A DNA stretch of 63,569 bases, filler included, from Folioceros fuciformis (Eukaryota): assembly GCA_049999805.1 (NCBI GenBank). It is 10 parts of 10 records of this genome, joined end to end, with 100 filler letters (N's around TTAATTAATTAA, not from the genome) between each part and the next. Parts side by side here need not be neighbours in the genome. Positions count along the whole stretch, not along the records: positions 20,791 to 27,381 come from JBNGIO010003371.1; positions 27,482 to 39,301 come from JBNGIO010003372.1; 8 more parts are not named here. The stretch is one strand, 5' to 3'. Position 1 is the stretch's first letter. Every line of letters starts with the position of its first letter. A program made the position numbers and the translations under genes. This document shows, piece by piece, positions 22,193 to 35,870 of this stretch. The notes under the pieces are model-generated. The model did not search any database and was not told the DNA's origin. It worked only from the letters and a program-made list of their open reading frames with translations.

Positions 22193-24809
22193 ATGAAAGG
22201 GGGACGCACCTACGGATCATTTCCTAGAACGTTAGAGGTTTGGGGATGGTCGAAGACGACGTCGAAGTGAAAAAGATTGAAGCATCTGTTTGTCGAGGAG
22301 GTCACTTGGGATGTTGTGTGCTTGCAGGAACATAAGCTTTGTGCTTGCAGGAACATAAGCTTTGTGCTTGCAGGAACATAAGCTTTCAATGGAGCATATC
22401 CAGAAAGTGAAGAAAATCTTCCTCCCAGGTAGAATAGAATGGGTGGCGGTTAGAGCAGAGGTTGCAAGAGGGGGAGAATGGTCGACCCAGCATGTGTCTG
22501 CGACCCATGGAGGAGTGTCCATTACTGTTCACCCAGAACAAGCTCACAACATCCTAGAATCGGAGCAGGATGAGGGTGGAAGGTTTGTGTGGTTGGTGTT
22601 GTAGACACTGCAAGGCCCCATCGGAATCTGCAACATTTATGCGCCTAATGCTGCCTCTGAAAGGAGTAGTCTTTGGCGTAGACTGGGAGAGTAGTTGGAT
22701 GATCAGATCCTGTGGATGCTGACTGGTGACTTCAACTTTGTGGAAAGACGAGAAGACATTAGAGGAGATAGCCCAATTGATGTTCGGGCGGTGCCCATGT
22801 CTTGGCAGGAGTTGAGAGATACGGTTTTGGCGGTGCAGGACCCGTGGTTGGCCCTCCTAGCGCACCGCCATCCACAATCCTTGATGTTCAGGTGGTCCAA
22901 CCAACAACACCAGAGTTTGGGAGCGCGTAGATTGGACAGGTTCTATATTCCCTCAGGATGGCTATCCTTTGTGTAGCCGTATAGTATTCTCGCTGGTACG
23001 ATTCTATCCCATCACCACCCAAGCAGTTTGCATTTGAGTCTTGCTCCGAACTCTCAGCTTCAAAGGAGACATGCAAGATTTTCGGATGAACACATCCTTA
23101 CTAAAGGTAAAAGGTGTACTTGATGATATCAAGAACATCTGGCAAGGAGTCAAACAGGGACCAGAACATGCGGCGCTTAAATTGATCTGTACTGACAATA
23201 AAGCAACTAGGTACTTGAGGAGGCGCGGGGTTCAACGGGCAAAACAGCAATGCCAACAAGAATGTTTCTTGAGGGAGCAGCTTTGCTGGTTACAAAGAGC
23301 TTGTGAAGACCGGTACTTCACAAATGAAGAAGAAGCCAGAAAGATTGAGGTGCAATGTGCTCTAGCCAAGTTGGAAGAGGATAGGGCCAGAGGCTGGTTC
23401 AAACGGGCTAAGGTTAAGTGAGTAAGGGAAGGAGACGGCCCTTCTAAATTCTTCTTCGATAAGGTGGCTTCTAACCGGCATAGGACGCGAATTCCTGCCC
23501 TTCCTGATGTGCAAGGTGTGATGCAGGATTCGCTACAAGGTTTTAAAAAAACCTCATTACCTTATTCTTTGTGGAAATTTTCTCCAGTGTGGGGAAGATG
23601 GCTGGGTGGGAGCAGCTTTGGTCAGCTACATATGGTTCGCTCTCGGCTAAGGTTTCCGATGACCAATGCAAGATAAGGATAAGCCAATAACTGCAGAGGA
23701 GGTGTTTCAGGCTCTCAAGGGGATGCCGAGGGGTAAATCCCTAGGTCATGATGGTATCCCACCCGAGTTCTTGCTTTGGGGGTGGGAGTTTATGGAACCT
23801 TTATTCATGGAGGCGGTGAACATGATCTAGGAAGATGGTAGCATGAGACATTGGTTCAATATGAGGGTCTTCTCCTTGCTCCCTAAGCAAGATGCCAGTC
23901 TGTCTATATCCAACTAGCGCCAAATCACCTTGCTCACTCCACTTATAAGGTAATTGCTAAAGTTCTGGCCAATCGCATCAAACCCTTTCTGGATGACTGG
24001 ATAGAGAAGGAGCAGCAAGGGTTCATTCAAAATAGGTCCATACTGGACAACCTTCTTCTCCTACGAGAAGCTAAGTACAATATTAAGGTACAGAAGAAAG
24101 CTGCCATCTTCATTTCCCTTGATTTTTACAAGGCGTACGACTCCATTGAGTGGCACTTCTTATGGAGATGCCTACGTAGTTTTGGTTTCGGGAATAATTT
24201 CTTTAGATGGATAGCCATTATGTGTGAAGACGCAGGGGCCAAGGTGGTTGTCAAAGGGTCTTTTACGGAGCGTTTTGGCATTCATTGTTCGGTACGTCAG
24301 GGGTGCCCCCTAGCTCCGTTCTTATTTATTATTGTTACTGACTTCTTTCTCCGAACAATTAAGCAAGACCCAGCAGTGGAAGGTATTCGGAATCCAGACG
24401 GAACGTAGCTAAGGGTATCTGCGTTTGCAAATGATACTCTCCTCTTTTCCTCGGCTGAGGAGGCTTCATTGAAGGTTTTGTTCTAGCAGGTTAAGGTATT
24501 TGGGGAGTTATGGGGTTGCCAAGTTAATTGGAACAAGACTTGCATGATGTGTCTGCACATGGAAGGGGAGCTTCCGCAATGCATCAACCGCATTAGGCGT
24601 GTGACTTTGGGTTCCACCCAGAAGTACTTGGGGCTTCCCTTTCAAGAGGGGGAGGAGAATGGTGAGATAGGAAAATATGTGTGCCTTAGATTCCTTCGAA
24701 AAGCGTCGAGGTTGCAGCTATTGGAGCTTAACCTGGCAGGGAGGCTGGTGGTGATTAACCATATCCTTACAGCCTCGCTTTGGTATTACTTGTTCTTGTG
24801 GTCCCCCTC
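22193..24809 (+). mobile_element. Decayed L1-clade LINE ORF2 (endonuclease + reverse transcriptase)
   Basis: IIS*NVRG, CLQEHKL, NIYAP, TGDFN, RLDRFY (endonuclease); GHDGIP, LLPK, YKVIAKVLANR, QQGF, LDFYKAYD, RQGCPLAP, AFAND, KYLGLP (RT). Many stops and frameshifts. Confidence 0.93.
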
Positions 24810-27381
24810 TGTAAATAAATAAGCGGAAGCTATTCTACTATGAACATACGAGTGCACAAAAATGATAAATTAAATCAAAGGCAATGTGTGTTTATATACA
24901 AAATTATCTGTGTAATCCTAAGTTACGAAAAGGTATATTACCCTAAATTATTTAACCCAAGGGCAGGGTAAAAAGACCCTATTTACTAACACTCCCTCTT
25001 AACCCATCCGTAGGGTTAAACAGCAGAGCATCTAATAAAAATGGGCTGTGCGGACACAACGTTCAGGCGCAAAGCAAGCTCCTCGCGGCAGTCTCTTCAT
25101 ATACCTCTGTATGCATCATGGAAGCCACGCCTGCGACCTGGTGCCTACTTATGGAGCTGATGGCGACCATCGCCCTAACCATCTTCGTGGTGATAGTGGT
25201 AGAGAGCACGATGGCTCGTAGATAACGATAGATATGCTTAACAGCACCCCAGTGTACTCGTCCAGGTGCCTTCAAGAATTGTGACACAATGCTGACAGAG
25301 TAGCTAATGTCAAGACGTGTCCAATTGGCAAGAAAAATTAAGCACCCTACAGGCTGCATACGGAACTCCAGCCATTGACTCCTCATCAATAGCATTTTGC
25401 GGAGACTGCTCACAGGTCAGCTTTTCCCCCACTGCTGTTGGTGTAGACACGAGCTTTGCAGAGTCAAGATGGAATCGCTTCAAAATCTCTTTGATGTACT
25501 TTGTCTGATGCAGAATCATGGTGCCTTGTGCCCTGTCTCGTAGAATCTGGATGCCGAGACAGAAGGCAAGGGGACCCTGATTTGTCATCTCAAATTCTGA
25601 TCGGAGGAGAACTTTGACTTTGTCCATCTGATCAGGGTGATTACTCAACAAGATCGCATCATCAACATAAAGTGCCAGAATGACGAAGAAGCCATCAGAA
25701 GCAAGGTAAAAAACATTGGAATCTACTGGGGACTGTACAAAGCCGTGCTTCTTGAGAAATTTCATGATCCTTTTATACAATGCACGAGGGCTCTGCTTGA
25801 GCCCATAAATCGTTTTTAACAGTTTACAGACCTTGTCAGGAAACTGCTTGTCGACGAACCCTTCAGGCTGGACCATGTACAAAACTTCTTCAAGCTCACC
25901 GTGAAGAAAGGCCGTACACACATCCATCTGATGCAATTCGAGATCAAATTGGGCAGCTATAGCAAGTAAAATCCTTACAGAAGGCGGCTTCACGACAGGC
26001 GAAAAAGTGTCTCCATAATCAATGCCAGGTATCTATGAAAACCTCGGGCTACTAAGCGTGATTTGTATCTTGCTATGGTGCCATTTGCCTTTAATTTCGT
26101 CTTGAAAACCCACTTACACGTGATGGGTTTCCTACTAGGTGGCAGGTCGGTCAACTCCCAAGTGTTGTTCTTTACAAGGGAGTTGTACTCGTCATTGATA
26201 AATTTCGCCAATGCTTGCCATCAGGTCTCTCAAGTGCTTCCTTATAGCTCTGAGGATCAGGTCGAACATCTGGAACATGAACGTCGGCAACATGTGCGGA
26301 GGATCTGCGAAAATCAATTGACTGATAGGGAGGTTCCTGCCAATCTGCCCGTGCTCGTCTTTCACGAACAGGATATCTAGGGGATGTATCCCCCACTGCA
26401 GGGGTAGGAGGTGCTCCCTCTTCATCTGGATGATCTGATTTTGGATGCAAATCAGCAGAACCAGCAGACTCATGAGCACTGTCACTGTCCATGCTTGCAG
26501 AATCCTCAAAGATGTGACTATCCACATCTGATCCAGGGTAAGCCCTTTCAGCACCATGGTCTGAATTATTATCATCATGTCCTACAGGTGCTGCATCAGC
26601 AGCAAAATGATCATGTGCTGTTGCATGCAAATTGGGATGCTGGGGGTTTGGAGGATTAAGAATCTCATCCACAGCTGCGGAATCACCAGCATCTGGTGCC
26701 TCACCATCTGACTGAGGATATGAAACAGGTACCTCTAGAGAACTGGGGTCAACCAAACTGCTGTCAGTGGAACTACTATCAGCATTGCCCGTTATATCCT
26801 TATCTGAATGTGGGAAGGTGAGCTCCTTGAATACAGCACTACGTGATGATGTTATCTTGGAGGTAACTGGATCATAAAGCTTGTACGCCTTAGACTCTTC
26901 TGAGTATCCAACAAACACCAGCTGTCTAGAGCGATTATCTAACTTCTTCCTCTTTGCTTCAGGTATGAACGCAAAAGCAGGAGATCCAAACACCTTCAAG
27001 TGCAGAAGACTAGGCTTTCGTCCCCAAAAGGCCTCATAAGGGGTTTTCCCTGGCAGAGCTGTCGTCACCACTCGATTCAACAGATAAGTTGCAGTGACAG
27101 CGGCCTCTGCCCAATATGTTTTTGGTAAACCTGAATAGGACAGCATGCTCCTGAACATACCCATGATGGTCTGGTTCTTACGTTCAGCGACCCCGTTTTG
27201 CTGCTGCGTGTAGGGGACTGAAAGTTGGCGGATTATTCCATACTGTTTGAATAGCTCATCAAAATTGTTACCAATGAACTCTCCACCGTTATCAGTCCTG
27301 CAGCACTTGACCAGGTGACCCGTCTGACGTTGAACCATAGGGATCCAGGCAGCAATCTGCTCATATGCATCACTCTTGTAT
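24810..27381 (-). mobile_element. Ty1/Copia retrotransposon: integrase, frameshifted RT, PPT and canonical TG...CA 3' LTR (24810-24991)
   Basis: RTDNGGEF and QQNGVAERKN (integrase); QMDVCTAFL, YGLKQSPR and LYVDDA (RT). LTR TGTAAATAAAT...TTTACTAACA followed by CTCCCTCTT (PPT on minus). Confidence 0.95.
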
Positions 27382-28611
27382 NNNNNNNNNNNNNNNNNNN
27401 NNNNNNNNNNNNNNNNNNNNNNNNNTTAATTAATTAANNNNNNNNNNNNNNNNNNNNNNNNNNNNNNNNNNNNNNNNNNNNCCTCCAGCACCCCTCCAGC
27501 CCAAACGCTTAGCCCAAATGATCCAACCCCAATCTCACGCTTCCGCCTCAATCCTGCCCGGGTTGCACACGCCTCTGCGCTCCCATCCACAGTACCCTAA
27601 GCTGTCGCCGGGGTATAAGAAGCGTCGTGTTACTACCAGACAAAGGTAGCCGACACATCCGCGGCCGCCGGAGCTAAGGCCTGGCAGGGACCAATTAGAA
27701 ACCCTTGCCTGGTCGGACAGAGATCCTCCTCCCTTTCCCTTTCCTTTTTCCTTTCCGTTTCCCTTTCCCTCCAGGTAGACAGAAAGGCGTGGTCGCATAG
27801 GACAGCAAGTGCCTTGTGACAAGCGCACAGCCACGGCAGCAGGCGCAGGAGCAGCAGCAGCTCAGCAAAATCTCCCAACCACCAGAAAGGAAACCGGACC
27901 ACTAGGTCAGCCAAGCCCGCGTTCTTGCCACTTCTGCAGTTCCCATCTCTGCGTGTCCCTACTCCCGACCCCGCCAGCTGCAGTAGTCAAATCCCTCGTG
28001 CTGCCTTGAATGCCTCCCAGACCTGGTCCCAGATTCCGCCGGACATGCAGCGGGCACACGCGCGCGCTTCCCACAGGGCGGGCTGTACCAGCAGCAGCGC
28101 GCGGGCGAGAATGATTCCCGAGCCTGCCTCCGACCCTAGCCCGGCGGGGCCGGCCGAGGCTCGGCACGGGCAGCTGGCACCTCGGGCAGGCCGAGGCAAT
28201 AATAAAACAAAACCCCGACGCCCACTGGAAGTGTGACTCCAGTTGTAGATCTGAAGGACTATCTGATGACTGATGAGAGCGTGTTTAACAAGAGTTGTTT
28301 GTGACTGGATGTGAGTGAAAAGAACGAGAGGTTGTGACGAGAGCGTGTTGGTTTGTGTGAGAAGAGAGGGTTTGGGGANNNNNNNNNNNNNNNNNNNNNN
28401 NNNNNNNNNNNNNNNNNNNNNNNNNNNNNNNNNNNNNNNNNNNNNNNNNNNNNNNNNNNNNNNNNNNNNNNNNNNNNNGAGCGCGGGGGGTACCTAGGGT
28501 TAGACGCATGTGTAGGATGTGGTATGTGATAGAGTCACGCTAGTCGCGGCGCGGCAGGCCAGGCTAGGCCACACCGACGACTGACCACCCATGCCCGCCC
28601 CAGCCCCATCC

Positions 28612-31600
28612 ATGGCGGACAAGGACAAGGACAAGAAGAAGCTGAAGCTCATTCTGAAGCTCCCGCGTTCCGCCTCCTCTTCCTCCTCTCCCGCCGCCGC
28701 GGCGGCAGCGGCAGCGGCGGCTCCACCCGCCCCCGCTTCGCGGCAGGCGCCCGCCGCATCCTCCAGGCCGGTGCCATCCACTCCCGGCGCCGGGGCCAGG
28801 GCTGGGGCTGGGGCCTTGCATTCGGGCAGGCGGGACGGCGGGCCCCTGGCCGCGCCTGCGCCCGCGCCTGCCCCGACCCCGGCCCTATCCGGCAGGCTGA
28901 CCAGGGGTTACGGGTCTCCGCCGCCGCAGCAGCAGCAACACCAGCCGCAGCCACCGCCACAGCCACCACAGCAGCATGGTGGGTTGGGATGGCAGAGGAC
29001 GGGATCCGGGCTGAGGACGGACCCGGGGGCTGCGGCAGCGGGGCTGCGGTTTGCCCCGGGCTCGGAGAATGAACATGCGGATGAGGACGGCGACGTGGAC
29101 GGGGACGGGTTGCCCACGCCGCCCAAGAAGCGCAAGTTCAAGACGGTGGCGGAGAGCAGCGCCAGATCGGGACCCGCGAGCTCCCCAGGCTCGCCGGATG
29201 AGTGGGCCAAGCCGCTGGGGCTGCCGCCTACGGCCGGATCCTCTCTGCCTCCTCTTGCCAAGAAGCCGGCGCTGCTGACTAGAGTGAGTGAGTTGGACGC
29301 TTCCGAGTGTGATCTGCAGCTGCCGCGGCCAAGGCCAGTCCCAGAATGTCCTTAGCATGCTTTGAAGCCATGTGGGTCGTTCGGGCTGGGTGTGTGGAGG
29401 TCGTGGGTTGGTTTCTTGACCTGGCTCACGATGGTTTCTGTCTCGGCTTGGTTTGCTGCAGAAGGGCGACAAGCCGGCTGAAGGGTCGGAGACGGAATCG
29501 CTACCTGCTTCCAGTACGTTGCCGAATTTGCTGCCTTCATCGTCGTCGCATGTGTCTGTTCTCCGAGTTCGAGGGAAAGTGTTCCCAATAGGGTTGTCTG
29601 GCTGATCTCGCTGACGACTTTCACCTCGCGTCTGCAGGCGGGCACGCATTTGATCCCCTGCCTGTCAAGGCTGTTTTGGAGGGTCTCCTCGACAAGTTGC
29701 AGAAGTCCGTCCCTCCTCTTGTCTTCTCTTTTCTTATCCTTTCTCTCCACCATCTGGCTTGTGGGCATGCTCCACTGGCTGGCATTTCTTTGTGTGGCTT
29801 GGCTTCTGTGCCGATCTGTTACCTGTCTCTCATCTCAATATGCGTGGCTTATCAGGAAGGATACGTATGGAGTGTTTGCCGAGCCCGTGGATCCCAGGAT
29901 GGTATGACAGCAGCATCCATCTAGTTCACGTTTGATTAGCCAGCGTCTGCGCGATTTGGAGGTGGCATGCCGTCCTTGAGTATTCAAGTACCACGTCGCT
30001 CACGTTTACTGCTTTCGTCAGGTACCAGACTATTATGACGTCATTAAGAAACCGATGGACTTCGGGACCATTCGAAAGAAAGTATCCAAGGGAACCTACT
30101 CAGCCCTCGAGCAGTTTGAGGTGGGTGACTGGATATTCTCATGGCGCTGGTTGGTGAAAGTGCTTCACGTTTGGACGGCAATTACTTAAGGAGGCCGTCT
30201 TGTTGCAGGCGGACATTTTGTTGATCTGCAATAACGCGATGCGGTATAATGCACCCAATACGGTCTACTACAAGCAGGTTAGGTGTCTCCTCTGTCCCTA
30301 CTCGTATGCGTTGGTTTTAAATCATCGTCGCTGTTAGCCATTTGTGAATAATTTGTGCCTGGATTTGCGTAACACTCGTCCGTTGGTCTGATCAGAACCG
30401 TCATTGTTGTTAGCCGTTTGTGAACAACCTGTGCCTCAATATGCGTGCTTGACACTTCTGCATTGTTAATTCCTCAGGCAAGGGCGATCCAGGACATGGC
30501 GCGCAAGTCGATTCCTGCGTTAAGGCTACCTGGGAGTGATGGTGAGCGGAAGGTGCTAGCCAAGTCAAAGTCCAGCTCTGCAGCGAAGAAGTCTGGGAAA
30601 AAAGCTCCTATTGGGAAATCTCGTTTCGACCCTGCTGGATCTGATTACACCTCTGGGGCCACCTTAGCGTCTGATGGAGATGCCAGAGTGGCCTCTGAAC
30701 GCTCTGGCAGTGCTGGTGGGGAAGATTCAGAAGCTCAAGTCGGAGCATGGGGAGGTGTGTCTCAGGGTGGAACTTTGGATACTGGAGGCACTTGGACACA
30801 AGAAGAGCTAGCAGGTATTCTGTCAGACCATCAAGCTTGGCTTATCGTATGCCTGGACGGAATAACGCAGGACTTGTCAGTTCATGTTTTTCCCGTCAGT
30901 TTCCGCCACGGACCAAGCCCGTACTGTTGCCAGCAGCTGTTCGTGAATTTATAGGAAGATTGGTTTGCAGGAACAGCTCTTAGGCCAATGTCCATGAAAG
31001 ATGGGAGGCGTCCCTTGTCCACTGAGGAGTATCATCGGAGCTCCTACAAGTCCCGAAAGCTTCCGGCTCATGGGCAGGGTCCAGTGCTAGCTGCAGTTGG
31101 TGGGGAACTTCAGCAGCTTATATCTGTAAGTTGTGGGGACAATCATTCAAAGACTTCAGCACAAATCAGTGAACCTGTGCAGTGTTTAACTGGGGTCATC
31201 TGGCATACAGGTTGGACCTCAACAAGAGCACGCTTATGCTCGGAGTATTGCTTCCTTTAGTGCTGATTTGGGTCCTGGTGCTTGGAAGTTTGTTGCAAGG
31301 AAGATGCAAAAGGTTTTGGCACCACAGATCTCATTCGGACCGGGATGGGTAGAGCAACCAAATGGGTTCCATCGCCCTTCTTCAGTGTCTACTGGGTATG
31401 GTCAAGGTGCATTGTTGGCAAAGACGGTGGTCGCAGAACAGCATAAGCCTCCTGTTCAGTCAGCCCCAACAACAAGGTTGTCTCATATTGCACCCGTAGG
31501 ACCTTCTGGTCAAGGTCTACCTGCTTTGAGTGTACCACCGCCTGCTGTGAGTGGTCCGTCTCCATCCGGTCCTGTCCCATCCAGTGCTGTCCCATTTGAT

Positions 31601-33307
31601 CATCTTAAAGCTGTTGTTCCACTAAAGCCGGCGGAACCTTCGGTAAGGTCGGGCACTACTTCAGTTTCAGGGAATTATGGCTCTGCGAAGCCTCAAGCGG
31701 ACCCATCCTTGAGACCAAGGGATGGGAAGGTTTTCATTCCACCCCAGGGTTTCGGCACGTTCCCGATGGCCGCCCCGACAGCCATGTCGGAGAAGAATGC
31801 AGTGGTGCCTCAAGTTATGAGTAAACAGCTACCTAGCTCTGTGGGTGCAGATATGCATCGGCCAACTTTTTCTGGTGACAGTGGAGCTGAGGAATCCAAA
31901 AGTGTGTCTGGTGGGTTTGGTCATTTCGATCTTAGTCTAGATGCTGCAGCTGTCCCGTTGAAGGGTTTAACCACTGTGTTTTCCAAGGATGGACTTATTG
32001 CTGCCCCTAGCTCTACGGGCAAGTCTTCTGATGACAAAAACAGCAAGGGAGGGAGTAGATCCTCCACCCAATCAAGATCCAGCAGCAGTTTAGATGGCCA
32101 GGCTGGCCCATCTGGTATGGATGGAGTGATATCTGGCCCAGATGTATCAGTTATGCAGGCAGGTGTAGACAAGGGGTGCAAAGAGGACAGTCAGCCTAAA
32201 CCCAAAATGCAAATCTCTGCGAAGCAGAGTTTGAGCCAGACTTCAGATGAACCAGGTGGTACCGCAGTTGGCGTTGGGCCCCTCCAACCTGAGGATAAGC
32301 TTATTGCTGGAAGCAGGGGCGCTGGTTCTTGGGTGAAACTACAACCTGGTCCCTCCATGCAAGACCAGGTCACTTCCAGGGATCGAGCTACTGCTGTGCT
32401 TGCAACAGGAACACCAGGTGTTGAAAATGGTTTCACCGGGGCACACGTCGTTCCTCTATCTCTGTTGCCAACCATCATGGGTGTTCCCAATGGTGCTGCT
32501 CCGGGTGTGGATGAGTATGCCCTCAAGGCTTGGGCCCAAGCGCAAGCTCAAGTTCATGCAATGAATCTACTGCAGCAAGCAGACCCAAAGACGCGAGCTG
32601 CCATTCAGGCACAATTGGCAGCTGGATGGCAACCGCTGCCTGTGAATTTACAGTCTCATTATGTTCAACAACAATTGAATGGTGCACCCTCATTTGCGCA
32701 ACCTCCTCAACCTAACCGGACATACCCACTTCCAGCTCCTAACGTGGGGCCGTCTCAGTTAGGACATACAGTTGGGCCTGTCCCTCAGTCTTCAGATTCA
32801 AGAGAGCTCCCTGTCGGAAGCGGTCGGCAGGGGAATGCGTCTCAATTAGGTTACACTGGGAATGGCAGATCTAATGTTTCCATGATGGTCCTTAGCAATG
32901 TTCCCCAGCAGACAGGACAGTTAGTCACCGGCAGACCATCTGATTTGCCTCGAAACCCTGATATTAACACCCCTTTCCTAGGAACGAGGTCTGTGACATC
33001 GCAGTCCTTGCCTCACATGCAGGTTTCTAACCCCTACTCCTCTAGTCCACATCCATCAGGCAGAAATCTTATGCCTCTCCAACAACAGCCTCCAGTACAG
33101 AATTCAGGTAACACGAACGCCACCCCATCTCAACGTTATGCTCCAACTCACAGTTCAAGTAGCAACTCGGGTACCTCCTCTCGGCCTATGCCGCCTGACT
33201 TGAATATTTGCTTTCAGCCTCCTCAATCTCCAACAACTCCCAAGACATCTCCAGGTCCAAGGATGCTGGTTGATTCCCAACAGCCAGACTTAGCTCTGCA
33301 GTTGTAA
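28612..33307 (+). CDS. Plant bromodomain protein, BRD1/BRD2/BRD13-type (BRD7/9-like SWI/SNF subunit)
   Basis: Spliced bromodomain LLDKLQK-KDTYGVFAEPVD-PDYYDVIKKPMDFGTIRKK-ICNNAMRYNAPNTVYYKQARAIQ (exons between ~29640 and 30500). N-terminal KKLKLILKLP, GPGAWKF...FGPGWV and C-terminal QQPDLALQL are family hallmarks. Confidence 0.93.
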
Positions 33308-33487
33308 AATAGTGCTATCCACCTAGCCTTCTGGAAAAATTTTGCTGTAATATGAAGTTCGTGAGCGTTTTACCAGTAAGAACATTCTAAGTACAAACCT
33401 TTGCCGCTTTGTAGCTGAAGTTTCCGTAGGATGTCACAACCAATATCTAAGAAAATTTATAGTCAACATAAGAAACACTAAACTGGT

Positions 33488-35691
33488 CTATGAACTTTTG
33501 TCATAACCATCAAATGAACCTCGCTCTCTAAGCAGTTGTTTGGCCCTCTCCAACACTGCGAAAAATATGGAGCCTCCAATACCAATCCACATGACTCTCG
33601 GGCCAATTCCCTGCGCGAAAACCTTAGCGTTTTCAAACCAACAAGGCAGAGGACGCAAATGAACCTTGAAACTCAAAAGTCACCTTAAGTAAAGCACCCG
33701 CTCCCTCTTCTTTCACAATCTCCGACACGCAATGCTGAATTCCCCGGTAGTACCCTCGAGATCCCTGTATGAACCATAATCGTGACATCAGCACTGGTAT
33801 GCACAGAGTCCCTGAACCCCACCTATCAAAGAAAACACTATCCGACGAAATCTCTCTGACCTGAACCATCAATCGAGTCTTAATAACGTCAAGAGGCGTT
33901 GTGACTGCACCGGTTATAGCTCCTGCAAGACAATAGGACCTCGAATCATTGAAACGGGCAATATATACCCATTTCTTATGTGGCCGGATCTACATTCTGC
34001 TTCTGCACAGACGACAAGATTGCAGCCGAACTTGCTATAATGCACCTGACAGAGCGCCAACAACTGCCACTTCTGGATCCCTTAGTTCCCTTTTGACCTG
34101 CGTGCCACCATGGTTTTCAAGCCTCACAAAAGCTTGACGGAACAAATAGGTACTCAACATTGCATGCCGTTGTTGTTTGTACTTACCGTTCTGTTCAGTG
34201 CTAGTTTCATCTGCTCGTAAATGCAGAATTGTAAGGCGTCAAATGGCAAGTCCCTCAACAGAAAGGCACCAAATCCCTGGAGGCAAGTACATATCAACGA
34301 GCTGAAACCAAACCCATGGCACATTAACCCTTGCTTGCCTAGCTTCCACAGGCACATACCGCATATAGACCTCGAACCCCCTCCCTTTTAATAATCTGCT
34401 GAACTGCTGTAACAGCCGAGTTGAACTGTCCAGTTTGAATTCTTTGCTTGATGACCTACAGGAGGTAAACTATGGCCGTCTTACGGCAGGATTTCGGAGT
34501 CTGGAAACAGATAAGGACTTCCAAAAAGTGATATCTAACCTCTGTGGGTACCCGGACAAGGGAGGCTGCGGCACCGCCTGCTGCTCCAGCAGCCTACGTA
34601 TTAGAGGATGGATCAGTAGAAGTCACCCGAAGACTGAAATAAGAATCTAATGCAACTCCCCAACCTTAGCTCATTTTGATACTCAAGAGCATCACGGACA
34701 TAGATTATCGTACCAGATGGGCAAGAGGTGTCAGGTGATCTGGAACAATCTCCAAAAATTTACGCTTCAGAGGCTCGTAAACACCAACGAAAATGGCTGA
34801 AGCTCTGTTATCACAGGCAGGGCTGGCTGTTAGTCACTGGGCAAGTTTTCAGAAACTGCAGGCAGACGGAACTTTCACAAGGTTGACATCATTTAGCAAG
34901 GTAATCGGATGCACTCAGGCACGCTATTTTTCTGCAGCAGGAATAAAAATGAGATGCACAGAAACGAGCTTTGAAGAGATACACACGGAAGGACTCCAGC
35001 AAGATTGCCTTGAAGACCAGAGTACAATCCCTTGAATTGAATTTTTCCTCCAGCACGAGCCGCCTGCACAACATCAAGGCTTTCCAAATCCAACACCCCC
35101 TGAAACGGAGAAGGACCACACTGCGATATCGTCAACCTTTTACAGACCTGCAGGCGTGTCTTGATTGTATCAATAGGGTAAAGAGCTGTCTCGACTACAA
35201 CACCAGCAGTAGCTCCTGCAACCGCTCCCTCTGATGATATGAAGCGAGATCTCATGTATCAAAACATGCAATATTGCCATGACACATTACCAGTGACACA
35301 GCAAGAGCTCGCCTAGTCCCAGGTCACGCAATGCAAGCTCACCCAAGACAAGCCTAAAGAAGTTGGGGGGCTTCTGCTGCTCTTCAGCAACAGTCAGTGA
35401 AACGAGTTGCACACAGGACCCCACTTGCCGTGTATTTTTCCGCCGTCTCGTAACGTACCCATTTCTATCCGTCTACAAGACAACACCTCAAAAAATGCAT
35501 CAGGACAGGGACACGAACACTGACAGAGCCCCGTGAGCTCAACAGCGAGAACACAGACTGTCGGTCGCGCTCACATCACCGGGGGAGCTCGAAACAGCCA
35601 TGGGATGCGTCTGATGCATCCCAAAGTGGAAATCCCCCAACTTCCCGTCTCGGCCACGGGAGTGCGAGATTCTGAGTAGTGAAGCCGCCAT
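33488..35691 (-). CDS. SAMC: Mitochondrial carrier family protein, S-adenosylmethionine carrier (SAMC1/2)-like
   Basis: Multi-exon: ALYPIDTIKTRLQ, KGLYSGLQGNLAGVLP, RVPTEV, FLLRDLPFDALQFCIYEQ, TTPLDVIKTRLM, GIGPRVMWIGIGGSIFF. Start codon (MAASLLR..., transit-peptide-like) is uncertain. Confidence 0.9.
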
Positions 35692-35870
35692 GAGCGCTGC
35701 GAAGCGAACTGTAAAGTGGTAAGCGCAAAGTGGATCTCCAGCCGAGGCTACCCTGTCAACTGCGGGATTCAAGGCACCGAGCTCTGCGCAGGCAGCCCTG
35801 TTCGGTGCGCGGGAAGGGCGAAACCCGGCGAAACCTCGTCCTGCTAGGAGGACAGCGACAGAGCTCCGCT

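Noticed and set aside
28649-29768. Long antisense ORFs over the GC-rich BRD first exon
   Set aside because: Shadow ORFs caused by high GC; no recognisable motifs.
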